This document shows, one piece after another, positions 12,501-20,850 of a stretch of 47,786 nucleotides of DNA. The DNA comes from Nemertoderma westbladi. Its lineage: Eukaryota; Animalia; Xenacoelomorpha. The stretch spans positions 1 through 47,786 of the forward strand of contig JAUCBJ010002009.1 in NCBI GenBank assembly GCA_032718475.1, given 5' to 3'. The notes beneath the pieces are model-generated. The model saw only the letters and a program-made list of their open reading frames with translations, was not told the DNA's origin and did not search any database. How positions within the stretch are numbered: position 1 is the stretch's first letter; each line of letters opens with the position of its first letter. The position numbers were made by a program, and so were the translations under genes.

Positions 12501-15500
12501 ATTGTAATTTGGCGGAAAATTGTAAGTAAATTCGATGGTATACGTGTTGATGATGAAGGGACAACAATTGAACAATCTGGGTCATGTTCTGAGATATTTA
12601 TGTGTGAATTGATAGTACAGTGAATAGCTGCACGTTTATCTAATGGAATTTGTAGACCATGAACATAAAACGACTCTCTGCCTGATCTCTTAGCTTCCAA
12701 TAACAAATTAAATAACTCAGTGCATACACTCTGAGTTTGATGTGAGAGATTTGTAATATTGTTGATAAGGACCCAAGCCCCTGTGTAGCCTAGTCCTTGA
12801 ACAATGTCAGTTATAAGTTGCAAGTCCATTGAGTGGGATCCATCATAATGGAATAGAAGCTGACCAAGCATTGAACTAAGCATGATTACGGTCTCCCTTC
12901 TTCCTGATCCATCTGGCCCGATACAGATAGATCCCAGGTTTGAGTTTATAGATAGTAAACCGCTGAGTAATGCCCTGTTACCTAGACTGGTTGTTACCAG
13001 ATGCTTACAAGAATTCCCCTGATATTCCCATGAATATTCTAAGTGGTTTTCGAGTAAACTGACAACTACTTCACCTTCATCTGTGAGAGAATACTGGATA
13101 GCAGCCTGCAATTCAAATTGGTCATGATTTTTTGCATTCTCTTTATTCCATGTTTTCTGCATCAACTCCCAGAATTGATAAAAAATAATAAATACAGATG
13201 TCATTTTCTCTAATTGACTTTTATTAACGAAGCAGGCTCGATTATTATCTTTGTCACCAATACTATCATCTTCACCATCTATGTTTTCATCTTTGAAAAG
13301 ATCTAATGGTGATTCTATTAACATAGTTGACCCTCGTTTTCTTAATGATTCCTGTGGTGGCTGCTCATCCTCAAAGTCACTCTTTCCTTCTACGTACAGT
13401 TTTGGTGCATCATGTTGTGCAGGAGTTGCTATTGGTTCAGATTCATGTATCTCTGTGTGTCTCTCTTCAGATTTCGGGGTATTTTGTTGTATGATGCTGG
13501 TCTCTAATTCACGGATTTCGCATCTCATTTTAAATATTGTATTAGAAATAGTTGATATAATATCATTCAATTTCGCTTTAAAAGAACTCATCGACTGAGT
13601 TGAGAGTGCTTCTGCTAACAGGTTCGATAAATGTATTCTCACTTGTAAACATGTAATTTCTGTTGAGAAAGATAAAAGGTTTGGTGTGTGTATTAGTTGT
13701 GGAAATGCAGACGTAAGGTTGTTGTCGGATTTAGGGTACATGAGGTTTTGTTGGTAGTCCCAATTAATATTTTCCATGACTTTACTAGCTTCGGCAAACT
13801 CACTTTGTAAGGTATCCTTTATTGTTGCATCCAATTCCAGCATCCACTTTTCTATTCGTTTTTCGCAAAAAACCGGTTGGGAAAGAGAAAGCAATTCAGA
13901 TGAATCGCTGAACACACCTGAAATACGAGTTGCTTCTTCATCTATGTCAATCTCTAGATGACACACATTAGGGAAAACTTTATAGATCAGTTTATTTATT
14001 TCCTCTGGGTAATGAGAATTACAGACAAGTTGTAAGATATCTTCTTTAGCCAAGAAATACAACCGTGGAAATGTCATACATTGATTATTAAGTGACTTAA
14101 TCAAACCACGCCTGCAGTAGTCTAAATTTGTTATCATTTTTTCAAACACTTCAGGCATTGCCTTTCTTGAACAACAACTTAATACATTTGGGTTTTTTTC
14201 TGTGGATTTCATAATAATTCGGAAATCGCGATTAATTCGACTGAAGAGTTGATGCTCTGCATTTAAATTTGCATCCATGTTATCATTGTCAGAAAATATT
14301 CTTTCCATAAGACACCACATATTCTGAACAGACTCCCACAGACGAAGCACTTGCTCAATAAGCCTCAACTTTTTCTGCCACTTGGCAATTTCATCCAAAA
14401 AAGAACTAGCTTTGCTTTCATTTTGTAGAGATGAAAGCATTATTTGGTGATTATCTATATCTTCTAAAATACTTAGGGGGTTTTCCAACAGGTGTATCAG
14501 AGTTAAATCTTGGGCTTGGTTCAACATTGAAGTAGGTAAAGAAATTACGCTAGCTCTTCTTCTGCTAAGACTGGTTGTTGTAGACATTCGGCTTGCAGAA
14601 GAAATCCTACTCAAAGCAGGAGCTTGTTCGCCATCAACCTGCGACATGTTGTATGAATATGGCTTTAAACTAAATACCTTGCTCAACCACACCTCTTCAT
14701 AATTGCTGAGAATGTTTTCAATGTATAAATCTTGAATTGCTCGTTCCACTATTTGATGAACACCATCTTCATGGGCTAGAATATCCATATCCATAAGTTC
14801 ACCAAATGACATGCTTTTCAGTTTTTGTGTATCAATTGTGATTTTTCCACCAACAGCTCGGAATAGTTGCTTCCAGTGTCTACTTCTCATTGCAGGATTA
14901 CCTAAATCATTAACAAGAGGAAGGAATGCATTGACATGAGAGAGATCATGCAATAAGCCAATGTGAACATCCCATTTGTAAGTCAAATCTGACATGCCAA
15001 TCAATCTTGTTTTCATTCTGTCACATTCACTAGCAATTTGTTTGCTATCCATCCCATGCCATAGTTGAGACTTGCCATGATCAATTAGTTCTTTAATTTC
15101 TCCAGCAATTTTCCATATCTCTTGGAGCATTTCCAACTCAGTTCGGCATTTTGGTAACATATCAAAATCGATTACACCCATTTGAAGTAAGTCCTGGAGT
15201 TCAACTAGATTCATTGCCTTATTTTCCAGCAACTCTAATTTATTAAAAAACACCATTATGGGTCCCATAATATATTGGGCATCATTCTCTTTTGCATACA
15301 CATTTGAAGAAGTAATTTCAAACTGCAGATGGTCAATTTCTTGTCCAAATACAGCGAGATAGTTTGTAATCAACTCGCTTTGCTCTTGAATGCTTGGTGC
15401 AAGTCTTTGTTTTGCAAGTGATACTCTTGTTTTCAGACTTGCCCATCTTCCTGGCATTGTTTTATATTGATCAAGAATTATTTTTGGCAATGACACCGAA

Positions 15501-18500
15501 AATTTGCTTAGCAAAAATTCTGTTGTTTTTAGAGCTGTGAATCTACTATCCACTGTTGGTTGTTCTTTACTAATTTCATTAAAAACCTCCATTATTTGCA
15601 TAAACTGATCAATATGCTTCTCTTCACCAGTTATCATCTCAACGTGTGGCTCTACCCTCAATAAAAATTTATCAAGATCTTTGAGAACCAAGTTTACTTG
15701 ATTAATCAAATACTGTGAAAACACCCAGATATATTGCAAGGCATGTGCTGCAATACTTTGTTTTACAGGGTGCAAGTTAACCCTTATCCAACCTTTATCA
15801 CTGTGGTCTGGAAATGAACACACATCCTGCTTAGCTTTGTAATAAATCTCTAACTCATGTTCAAAGTTTGACAGTGGAGGCATATCACTGTTCAGGCGAT
15901 CTGTGTACAAATTGCCAGTTGTTGTGAGTAATGCATGACGTTTCCATGTAACTGTAGATCTTTGAGAGGTATCAGATGTGGATGTTCTATCACTTCTTTC
16001 ACTTTTAATATTAATTTCATCGAGAGATTTATTTTCCCCAGGTACTTTCAGTTTATAATTGCTTTTTCCAATAAATTGATTTCTTGTCTGGTTGGTGTTA
16101 CATTTTCCGGAAAGAAATTCTTGGAAGACAGCGAATGCATCTTGCTCCCACAAAAATGAAAATTTGTTGTACTGGTCTAATAATACAGTGCATTCCAAAC
16201 AATTTTGGGCAACAATTTCCAATATTTTTTCTCTGAGAGTTATTATCTCCTCATCCGAAGAAATGTAATATGAATAACCATTGGGATCACCACTCAGCAT
16301 ATCAACAAGCACCCCTCTATTAATATACCTTGAAATCCATTCTGAAATGTATTCATCAATGCTCTTCCTGTTCGATATTATTTCCAATGCCGGATTAAAC
16401 TCTAATTTGGACCCATTAAAAAACAAATGGATTTGAAGAACTGGTGTATAAGTCCCTTCGGTCATATTACATTTTACCATTTCATTAAGCATTGACTTTA
16501 TGCTCACCACAGTACATTGTTTTAAACCACCTAGTACCAAGTTATCTATATGCTCTACATACTCCTGCCAAGCAGGGGATGCCCTCGACATTTCACATGC
16601 TTGAAATGACGATTCCAGCACAACATTTATTTTCTTACCAGATGGTCTTATATAACCTTCATGGTTGCGAAATATTGTCTCCTGAGCCAAAGCTAATTGG
16701 TCGATTTCCCAGCAAGGGTCATCTTTCTCACGCCCCTGGAATGCATCAAGTTCTCCCTTAGACCAACTCATTGCTATCTCGATTATTTCGTTACAGTTGG
16801 TTTGAATAATATCTAATGCTTGGTAAAGGTCATGGAGGACGAGAGTCGAGGCTACTTCTATGTAATCAGTGGCATCAATGGATCTCCATGTGAATCGACT
16901 TAATCCTTCTTGAATGACTGAGTCTACCCGAAGCAGTCTGCGCTCAAATAAAGGTCTATCATAGTCATTAATTGCTAATAGCACTGTGTTGTATTTATTG
17001 ACGATGCCCTGCAGTCGTCCATTCATACTGGACATTGTCTGGTAATCAGTAGTTCGCAGTAACTCTTTGGCAGCATCTGGAATGCGGACAGAATGTGGAG
17101 GGCGGCTCAAGTAGTGGATCTCCCGGAGGACTGTCAATAGATTGCGATCTAAATTAACCCTCAAAGTGGAGGGTCGCACATCAATCTCATCGTTGTAATC
17201 CGGACTTGTTAATAATGTTTCCTTTAGTCTGTCCCTTAGTTCGGAGTCGATGGAACTTCGCCATTCCTTAAGAGTCTCATCTTCATAAATTTGAAATTCG
17301 TGCATCAGATCATTGTAGGACTGTCTTATATGAAACCCAATATCTGACTCCAGTCTATGAACACATACTCCTTTTAGTTTGTCCATAACAAAAGTTATTC
17401 TCTGCTTTAGTGCATAGATCCATTTCATACGGCAAACTATCAAAGGCATATTTTTCAATTTTGGAGGCTTTCTTAGCACCTGCTCAAACATTGATCTGAC
17501 TTGCAGTAATTCTTCACTGTAGGCTTCTAGAAGTTTTTCATCAATGTCTGATAGGCTTTGCTGGACAACTTCTCGACCTGTGATACCCTGAAACACCTCC
17601 AAAATTCGCAACTGGCTTGCCATATTAGAACACTGCATAAAACTTTGTCTTAATATATCTGACAATCGGTGCTCCAAAGTTTTCATAACAGTTCTAAACT
17701 CAAAGAAGGCCTTTTCAAATTCCCTCCCATCGGCTTTTAGATTGAATGGCTCTAGAGTTTCTTGTTGTAAATGAACAACGGCTCCTTGAAAAGAGTGATT
17801 AACCTCTCTAACCAGGGCATCTAATGCAGGAGATCCAGCACCTCCAACCTCCGCTGTAGATCTCAGCATCCCAAATTGAAGGAGTGTCTGCGACACTTCA
17901 GATAGGTCGTTACACCTTTCCATGAATCTATTCAACTCTAAGAAACAATGTGAATTACGATTAGGCCAGGAAGATGGGCTCCACAACTTCCTACCTGTCA
18001 ATGGGTATCGCTCCAGGCTGGGTCTCCTTCGATCCAGTCGGTACAGTTTGGTTCGGTACAACTTGGTGGGATAACTCTCCGGTTCATCGTTAGATTGAGC
18101 TGCCAGCTCCACACGATTCAATTCATCCGCTCGTTCCTTCCAGTCTAAGTAGTTACCACGAAAACTGCCACAGATATTCAAGGCTTGGCGGATTTTTTCG
18201 TAGGAGGAATCGATATCGGCGAATAGGTCATCTGGGAGAAAGGTTTTTGCCCGGACTATCACCTCATTGGAAATCAGATTGAGTAGAAAGTTAAAGTTTT
18301 GCTTCTCATGGTAGTAACCGCTGTGCGACCAAATGAGAAATAAGGTGTGGATTAGCGGTGGCAACATAGATATTGTACCTCGAACGCTGAGTGCTACAGT
18401 TAACTCGTCCAGCCAAGGCTCTAATGTTGCTAAAAATCGAATATTTTCGTGAGTCTCGTCTAAAGCTTTATCAATATCTCTACGCGTTTTGATCAATGAC

Positions 18501-18997
18501 TGAGCGTATGTACTATCAGCGTCTCTGAGTATACCTACAATAGTTTGTGCCATATCAGTGTCTAATTGCTCGTTGATAGAGTTCAATGTTCGTTCTCGAT
18601 TCAACCAAGTGGCGAACTCGTCAGAAGGAACTGGATTGCTATTAGCGGAATCACGAATAACTTCCTGTGAGTGGTTGTAATGGATAAGCCCTTTCATTTG
18701 CTTCATCCAGGATATAATAGTCGATTCTAGAACGTGCATCAGACTGTCTGTTCTTGTGGGATCGCCTCGCAATTGGTTAAGCAACTCTTCGGTAGGGAAG
18801 GGTAGTATGATTTGACCTTCTACTTGGCCCTGAGCAATCTCTAGAGTCGCGTTCATACTTGTTAACACTTCGGTCACCTTATCTGTCTGGTTGATTCCTG
18901 TAGGGTCTGAACTCATGCAGAGAAGTGGCATGTAGACTTCAGTGTTGAGTTTAATGAGCTGTGACACTGCACTCTCTCCACACTCCATGTGGCTGAC
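3578..18997 (-). CDS. Divergent axonemal dynein heavy chain-like protein, exon 2 (15,420 nt)
   Basis: 5136-aa ORF extended to acceptor tttttag|GTC at 18997. Recognisable parts: N-terminal tail, linker (PAMRSRHWKQL, FPRLYFL), AAA2 GHPSTGKST, AAA3 GDWGCGKT/IIFLDDLN, stalk MTBD (LAEIKSLQKP...TWAKGAK), YLGPYDSAFR and C-terminal WLGGLVNPKGFL. Confidence 0.93.
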   Translation of the reverse strand, partial: VSHMECGESAVSQLIKLNTEVYMPLLCMSSDPTGINQTDKVTEVLTSMNATLEIAQGQVEGQIILPFPTEELLNQLRGDPTRTDSLMHVLESTIISWMKQMKGLIHYNHSQEVIRDSANSNPVPSDEFATWLNRERTLNSINEQLDTDMAQTIVGILRDADSTYAQSLIKTRRDIDKALDETHENIRFLATLEPWLDELTVALSVRGTISMLPPLIHTLFLIWSHSGYYHEKQNFNFLLNLISNEVIVRAKTFLPDDLFADIDSSYEKIRQALNICGSFRGNYLDWKERADELNRVELAAQSNDEPESYPTKLYRTKLYRLDRRRPSLERYPLTGRKLWSPSSWPNRNSHCFLELNRFMERCNDLSEVSQTLLQFGMLRSTAEVGGAGSPALDALVREVNHSFQGAVVHLQQETLEPFNLKADGREFEKAFFEFRTVMKTLEHRLSDILRQSFMQCSNMASQLRILEVFQGITGREVVQQSLSDIDEKLLEAYSEELLQVRSMFEQVLRKPPKLKNMPLIVCRMKWIYALKQRITFVMDKLKGVCVHRLESDIGFHIRQSYNDLMHEFQIYEDETLKEWRSSIDSELRDRLKETLLTSPDYNDEIDVRPSTLRVNLDRNLLTVLREIHYLSRPPHSVRIPDAAKELLRTTDYQTMSSMNGRLQGIVNKYNTVLLAINDYDRPLFERRLLRVDSVIQEGLSRFTWRSIDATDYIEVASTLVLHDLYQALDIIQTNCNEIIEIAMSWSKGELDAFQGREKDDPCWEIDQLALAQETIFRNHEGYIRPSGKKINVVLESSFQACEMSRASPAWQEYVEHIDNLVLGGLKQCTVVSIKSMLNEMVKCNMTEGTYTPVLQIHLFFNGSKLEFNPALEIISNRKSIDEYISEWISRYINRGVLVDMLSGDPNGYSYYISSDEEIITLREKILEIVAQNCLECTVLLDQYNKFSFLWEQDAFAVFQEFLSGKCNTNQTRNQFIGKSNYKLKVPGENKSLDEINIKSERSDRTSTSDTSQRSTVTWKRHALLTTTGNLYTDRLNSDMPPLSNFEHELEIYYKAKQDVCSFPDHSDKGWIRVNLHPVKQSIAAHALQYIWVFSQYLINQVNLVLKDLDKFLLRVEPHVEMITGEEKHIDQFMQIMEVFNEISKEQPTVDSRFTALKTTEFLLSKFSVSLPKIILDQYKTMPGRWASLKTRVSLAKQRLAPSIQEQSELITNYLAVFGQEIDHLQFEITSSNVYAKENDAQYIMGPIMVFFNKLELLENKAMNLVELQDLLQMGVIDFDMLPKCRTELEMLQEIWKIAGEIKELIDHGKSQLWHGMDSKQIASECDRMKTRLIGMSDLTYKWDVHIGLLHDLSHVNAFLPLVNDLGNPAMRSRHWKQLFRAVGGKITIDTQKLKSMSFGELMDMDILAHEDGVHQIVERAIQDLYIENILSNYEEVWLSKVFSLKPYSYNMSQVDGEQAPALSRISSASRMSTTTSLSRRRASVISLPTSMLNQAQDLTLIHLLENPLSILEDIDNHQIMLSSLQNESKASSFLDEIAKWQKKLRLIEQVLRLWESVQNMWCLMERIFSDNDNMDANLNAEHQLFSRINRDFRIIMKSTEKNPNVLSCCSRKAMPEVFEKMITNLDYCRRGLIKSLNNQCMTFPRLYFLAKEDILQLVCNSHYPEEINKLIYKVFPNVCHLEIDIDEEATRISGVFSDSSELLSLSQPVFCEKRIEKWMLELDATIKDTLQSEFAEASKVMENINWDYQQNLMYPKSDNNLTSAFPQLIHTPNLLSFSTEITCLQVRIHLSNLLAEALSTQSMSSFKAKLNDIISTISNTIFKMRCEIRELETSIIQQNTPKSEERHTEIHESEPIATPAQHDAPKLYVEGKSDFEDEQPPQESLRKRGSTMLIESPLDLFKDENIDGEDDSIGDKDNNRACFVNKSQLEKMTSVFIIFYQFWELMQKTWNKENAKNHDQFELQAAIQYSLTDEGEVVVSLLENHLEYSWEYQGNSCKHLVTTSLGNRALLSGLLSINSNLGSICIGPDGSGRRETVIMLSSMLGQLLFHYDGSHSMDLQLITDIVQGLGYTGAWVLINNITNLSHQTQSVCTELFNLLLEAKRSGRESFYVHGLQIPLDKRAAIHCTINSHINISEHDPDCSIVVPSSSTRIPSNLLTIFRQITIPSLDSCVVLETLLVKEGFFHAQTISRKLKIMKETCEQIFGTIQAIPNKAYVGIEVTATGWTLPTFIQVGKEAGRQLSILLSLEHMKMEDYMSKVPEDLIHIESQATVKALKVIFIGGLSGSEVSLFLTLLSDTFTGVDTEMVSPPRLTPIAECRSLSPEGTTSSSPAMQNSSDVISGTIEECGLIAGINFKTKLESVISFMNLHKVCIITGHPSTGKSTLIKCYKHYLNRVGTQVTHDRIFPQALDSYMFLGYRHYKTLVWRDGIFTNALKNNITHNNSQSIAMFTIDGSIDPRQMETFGSILHHNNSVVLGNNENVKINENVEIIWEIENLSQMTPSILCHLPVICMTKIDVNWELLFKKWIKEFSHPQSNLIQIYADIYLQSVFDYLHNNMKNALTGATDLLSPAMSQIIPVTDENIISTLTSLLAGMLKGKHDLADEEFERYFNIACIWAFGGNLKPQFRYQFSQYWRQEWGRYCRFPEDGSVWDYFVDSETYDWVRWEDITPMYTAESHSKIPINAFVHTAHSYQISCIMELLAEARKPVMLIGDWGCGKTQIVMEKLRHVWNSKVSEFTSTVHNCNKFTDSEQLWKQMDKNLEWKHGPVYVPQNNKKLIIFLDDLNLSKVDHIMNNQNVCEFVRQHIDAGGFHDPVSMNWHKVEKCNYIVTINPKAMSGTSWSSSINPRLANHFTILAVPDPDIQDMHGIFSTLLLTHFIGHDKKTKGRRVSRVVQTMVPGTSPGLEMQSLINTTMLITIEILQKLQKMFLLTPERCHYIFTMRDLMTISRNLCLSLTQSCSKNDFMMLWRHECFWVLGRRLASYIDHDRFEKTFITACRKQFESDELLHIVEDEMKPVYCSMRHEDSGLVVAGDPSMKNPTDYYSPYFETDSLRDIVLESCEEYMRDKPPIRLSPYRSTMEELFRIARILHSPPSTGHAVLIGNGSPGQVVNEVFIAAHLTGATVFRVTPSPATSSVDYTINQFKEELLDGFIRAGVGGEKLVFLLGNEELLSDDCLTLLSELLVSGSVESLFSDEDKTSVINSIRSEVVNAGLKFSRDVAWDFFLTNVINKFRLILTFEMADETFQARFREFPALMRHLNIIMFPHWRHSELVQNANIYLNDENLSHMLASMHLAIRQQDGQEKSSGEYRNLTNTTFEKFVECFLHFVQERFTTINAEHDNTSQALANIEKTMQETDKLEKKLKHECSVLEEKHKATDALLSQIGQDNAIAEKQLEAVNNQIHKTSHLKKMLPEYEMALQRATYQANKLNNETKQVVRSLNTNLLAEIKSLQKPDPLVAEVMAGIIMIVKSPSADTTWAKGAKRQMANLDHFKEELMHFDQVEIENSTISLIESNYTKKPDFVPDIVKSKCDNESAGFLCQWLINVVKYHKLQVQKIKPLITKVEVTTNYIKLSVQRQIGLDARRVTLDARLNDLAGGYEEATVDRAKQKRQTEELQKNLDAAREFSNLLHSQHDLCAQVYESLQEREQAIPGGIAIASAFAIYLGPYDSAFRCLMLTIHWPHCLQERGIPLVIDHIDPMKGRIVDWSIPFLKKWSRDNAKLDKDQDYVSNDGDNENQKERNLNENDGGQSQKHSPKRDENRTDLEEDNESQNQELQRPDISKELSYVYSNGYRAYIRSLVKLIAGEELVDMWVVKGYDTFQIENRTIMETMQFKGLLLVDPNNEGNLENSNVIKVNMQARRDPVIIANIEQGIRMKKMLYLHDSDEKVDSVVYPIVYNCFNRSFDDLNNHDDSSSLQDDMQMIEFGNRRLYCTNEFALTLHTQDCRARFQPFIASALTIINHTLTPDNIKEKVLKIAMMRIHSELYYEIKKVQLGIFYHKKVLQRIDMKIMEQMGQLSSNKICQETGNVAEVFSHMEIISRRLEELEVTQSRLNEMISEFLPIARRASCLYSVLQSLEVLNPHYIFNFNLLIIILYKSIGEAHNDDLDPASNDAVNEFCKQLNNEEGIDYMSYLPEPSTDFNFIGVAAENIEDIVNKFTENFLHHIKQCILDEHRLLLVTLLSVALLKDDVATDEELALLMQGNPGLENINLNLSDFDCDLNPPAFLPAHKFDDILALSILPGPLDSLCVQIASNSEKWEKWYTSRAPEKEPIPWISKSSGQPELSEFHQLLILRMLRADRLPVSLSKYSTKHLARNIDLNLKPHWSDLELLMNIGCPGMFLLVPSHSGDSVKSLISSLISSENASSMLQSLADANSICHVTLNLSEKKLTDVKSTLHGCIKTGGWVILNNIHHFDQNSYDPLGRLISSIQCDTDNNNGASKLTIWLVGGNCPNMPKVLKQVLQPVSWDIIPSMDENVSEMHPQMRRFTDGTLVYAVKDSIISTLRLIPKDILTSAEIFNNMQRSAFFACVILHGYLVARQCFPGPGMTQWYTLNQTQLVDAFEFLRNQNEITCKTLTVYATEYIYSNVVTNISDKDALQVTADKIFRTYLSGTTDKTSVPLPPIDVQPTFWAVWLSEKFSQQRSSSVLLGLHPNIDKRSNEANSIEFMVGLDNLFDWLRNGPEIISDKGQQVNVSRVRLSIEICLERLPPLLKVGEPSGFDARQFTFPYHPPSRMSSSTGSHQVETPEILSFVILQECQWFNMQICHIRECVHQLHHYLLAGVGTIPVSLIDIANTLAQDLVPTAWTHPTQTPCTHVLISFLEQLESRYRQLYHWVKQGVVPRITDTHHETKRCRIKKVWLGGLVNPKGFLMALKHEKSIELGCLQDELEFACEVSTSMTDDNCEITETSGIYLANIYLIGAAWNIPNECMIPATKLQNLFRLPSIFIRPVSSQIRKTPRGDANQFICHVYTNSTRQHWVVDLTVNISGISGDELIRAGVAMILDAGTPDGTPRRVKFKPKRMATFLDSTTGDTETLHSANGQALARPPARGVPRSVQILDDDKRLEERPTSALRHRKPSEEDIKEIEEHEYQQDNTKQVEVKENENAVPSNKEVHREESSVPQVTLPVSDEDK

Positions 18998-19394
18998 CTA
19001 AAAATAGCAATAGATAAAAATATCTTGTTTCCATATTTTAATCCCAATAGTTTATCCTCAAAATTTCAATTCAAGTTTTTTTAATCTCACTTCTCAGTGG
19101 TGAATTAGCACACGTTAATTCGTAATGTTTACATCATAAAAAACCTAATTTTGTTGCATATAAAATAATTTTCTAATTTAATTTTTATTTAAATTAAATT
19201 TCATTAACTACATTTTTCTCTTTGGTTCATTATCACACTTTCTTTGCAATCTTAAAATATCAAACACACTCTCATCTTTAACTAACTAACATTGCTTCCA
19301 GTTCTCAAGTAAAAATCATTGATTCCATCCATATCTTCATTCCGTACTGCAGTACTACCGGTACTAACAACATACTTATTCTTTATTAACTAAC

Positions 19395-19709
19395 TTTTTT
19401 CCCAATATTTTTGCGGGTTAGTTTCAGCATGGGTTCTGTTTTAGTAAAGAATACATTCTTCACGGTGATCCCTTGAGGCGGGTTGATACTGGCAATGAGT
19501 TGACCTGACTCCACAATGGCTACAAAGAGACAGTCTACGTTGGGATTGTCACAGAATTCTAGAATATATTCCCGAGTCTGGGGATCCGAGAACAACGATT
19601 TTAATTCGTCATTCCGCGGCCGCAACGAGGTTTGAACTCGCGCTTCCAGCCACCGAAGTCGCTCGTCTAACTCCATCCCGCCTTGCGATTGGGACTCCCT
19701 AACTAACAT
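19395..19709 (-). CDS. Dynein heavy chain-like protein, exon 1
   Basis: ATG at 19709. DERLRWL...EFCD resembles N-termini of outer-arm-type heavy chains. Donor AAA|gttagt at 19395/19394 joins exon 2 in phase 0 across a 397-nt intron. Confidence 0.8.
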
Positions 19710-20850
19710 TCTGTTCGTCGAGTTGAATAATTAATCTCGAAAAATATATTGAACAAGTAAGTTTTTCAAAATGAACGTTATATGCGATTCCATTATTTAT
19801 AATATGTAAATATTAGATTTTACGCTAGAATATAATAAAAATATATAATATTTATAAGCTGCTTAAATTTAACTTAGTTATTATATATTTAAAATCGTCT
19901 ATTTATTTTCTACAACTGTACTTAATTAATAATGTATTACCTACGCATCGTATTATTATTAATTATACATAATGTATGCGATATGGGTTACGGTAATATT
20001 TATACAAATGTTTATTTAATATTTTTTTCAACTATATAAGAAATTGATACATCAGCGGTACAACACGGCTCGGCGAATACGTATAATTATGTAATAAAAT
20101 TATTATTATTAACTTCTAAGATAATTACAAGATAATTATCCTAACATCAATAATAATTATCCTAATTATACTAAGATAATTATATTTTGCTATGAATAAT
20201 AATAATTTTATGACTTAAAGTTGCCTTTATTACATAATTATACGTCTGGCCGTATCACATGGAAATAAATGAGCTTTATTTCACATGTAAATTACTTTTT
20301 TACTAATATATCTTTCTCACATTGTTAAGAAGCAGCTTTACAATAATTAAGTTAATATTAAATGTAAATTCCGCAAAACCTTCAACTTTTCAGATCTATA
20401 AAGCGTCGGAAACGACATCTTGTCGATAATTTCAGTTAACCGAAAATCCCACCAACTGTAAAACGCAAGAAACTTAGACAAAAGATATGAATTGCAATCA
20501 ATTAAATACTAAACGTGATTCTTTAAGACACATTTATTTAATCGATGGTTAATCAACTTTCATTACTTTATTTATCTTTATTATTTGAGGAAATATAATT
20601 TAAAATTTTGAGAGAATTATCATAAAATAATTTTTTTTATCGATAGTACCGGTATGTATCGGACACAAATTGTATTCCCAATGCTAAATAATGTTTAGAT
20701 TGTCGTAACCAAGCAACCATATTAGGTTGCCTGGTATTATATGCTGCCAATAACGATCGACCAATGGGCGCCAAGATGGTACACCAGCGAGGTTTTTCGA
20801 TCCGACACACAATTTGTTTGGCCAAAGAATATTGGGAAAGAATATTATAA

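Noticed and set aside
3891-16761. Many short + strand ORFs overlapping the dynein gene
   Set aside because: Antisense shadows of a long coding frame with no recognisable motifs.
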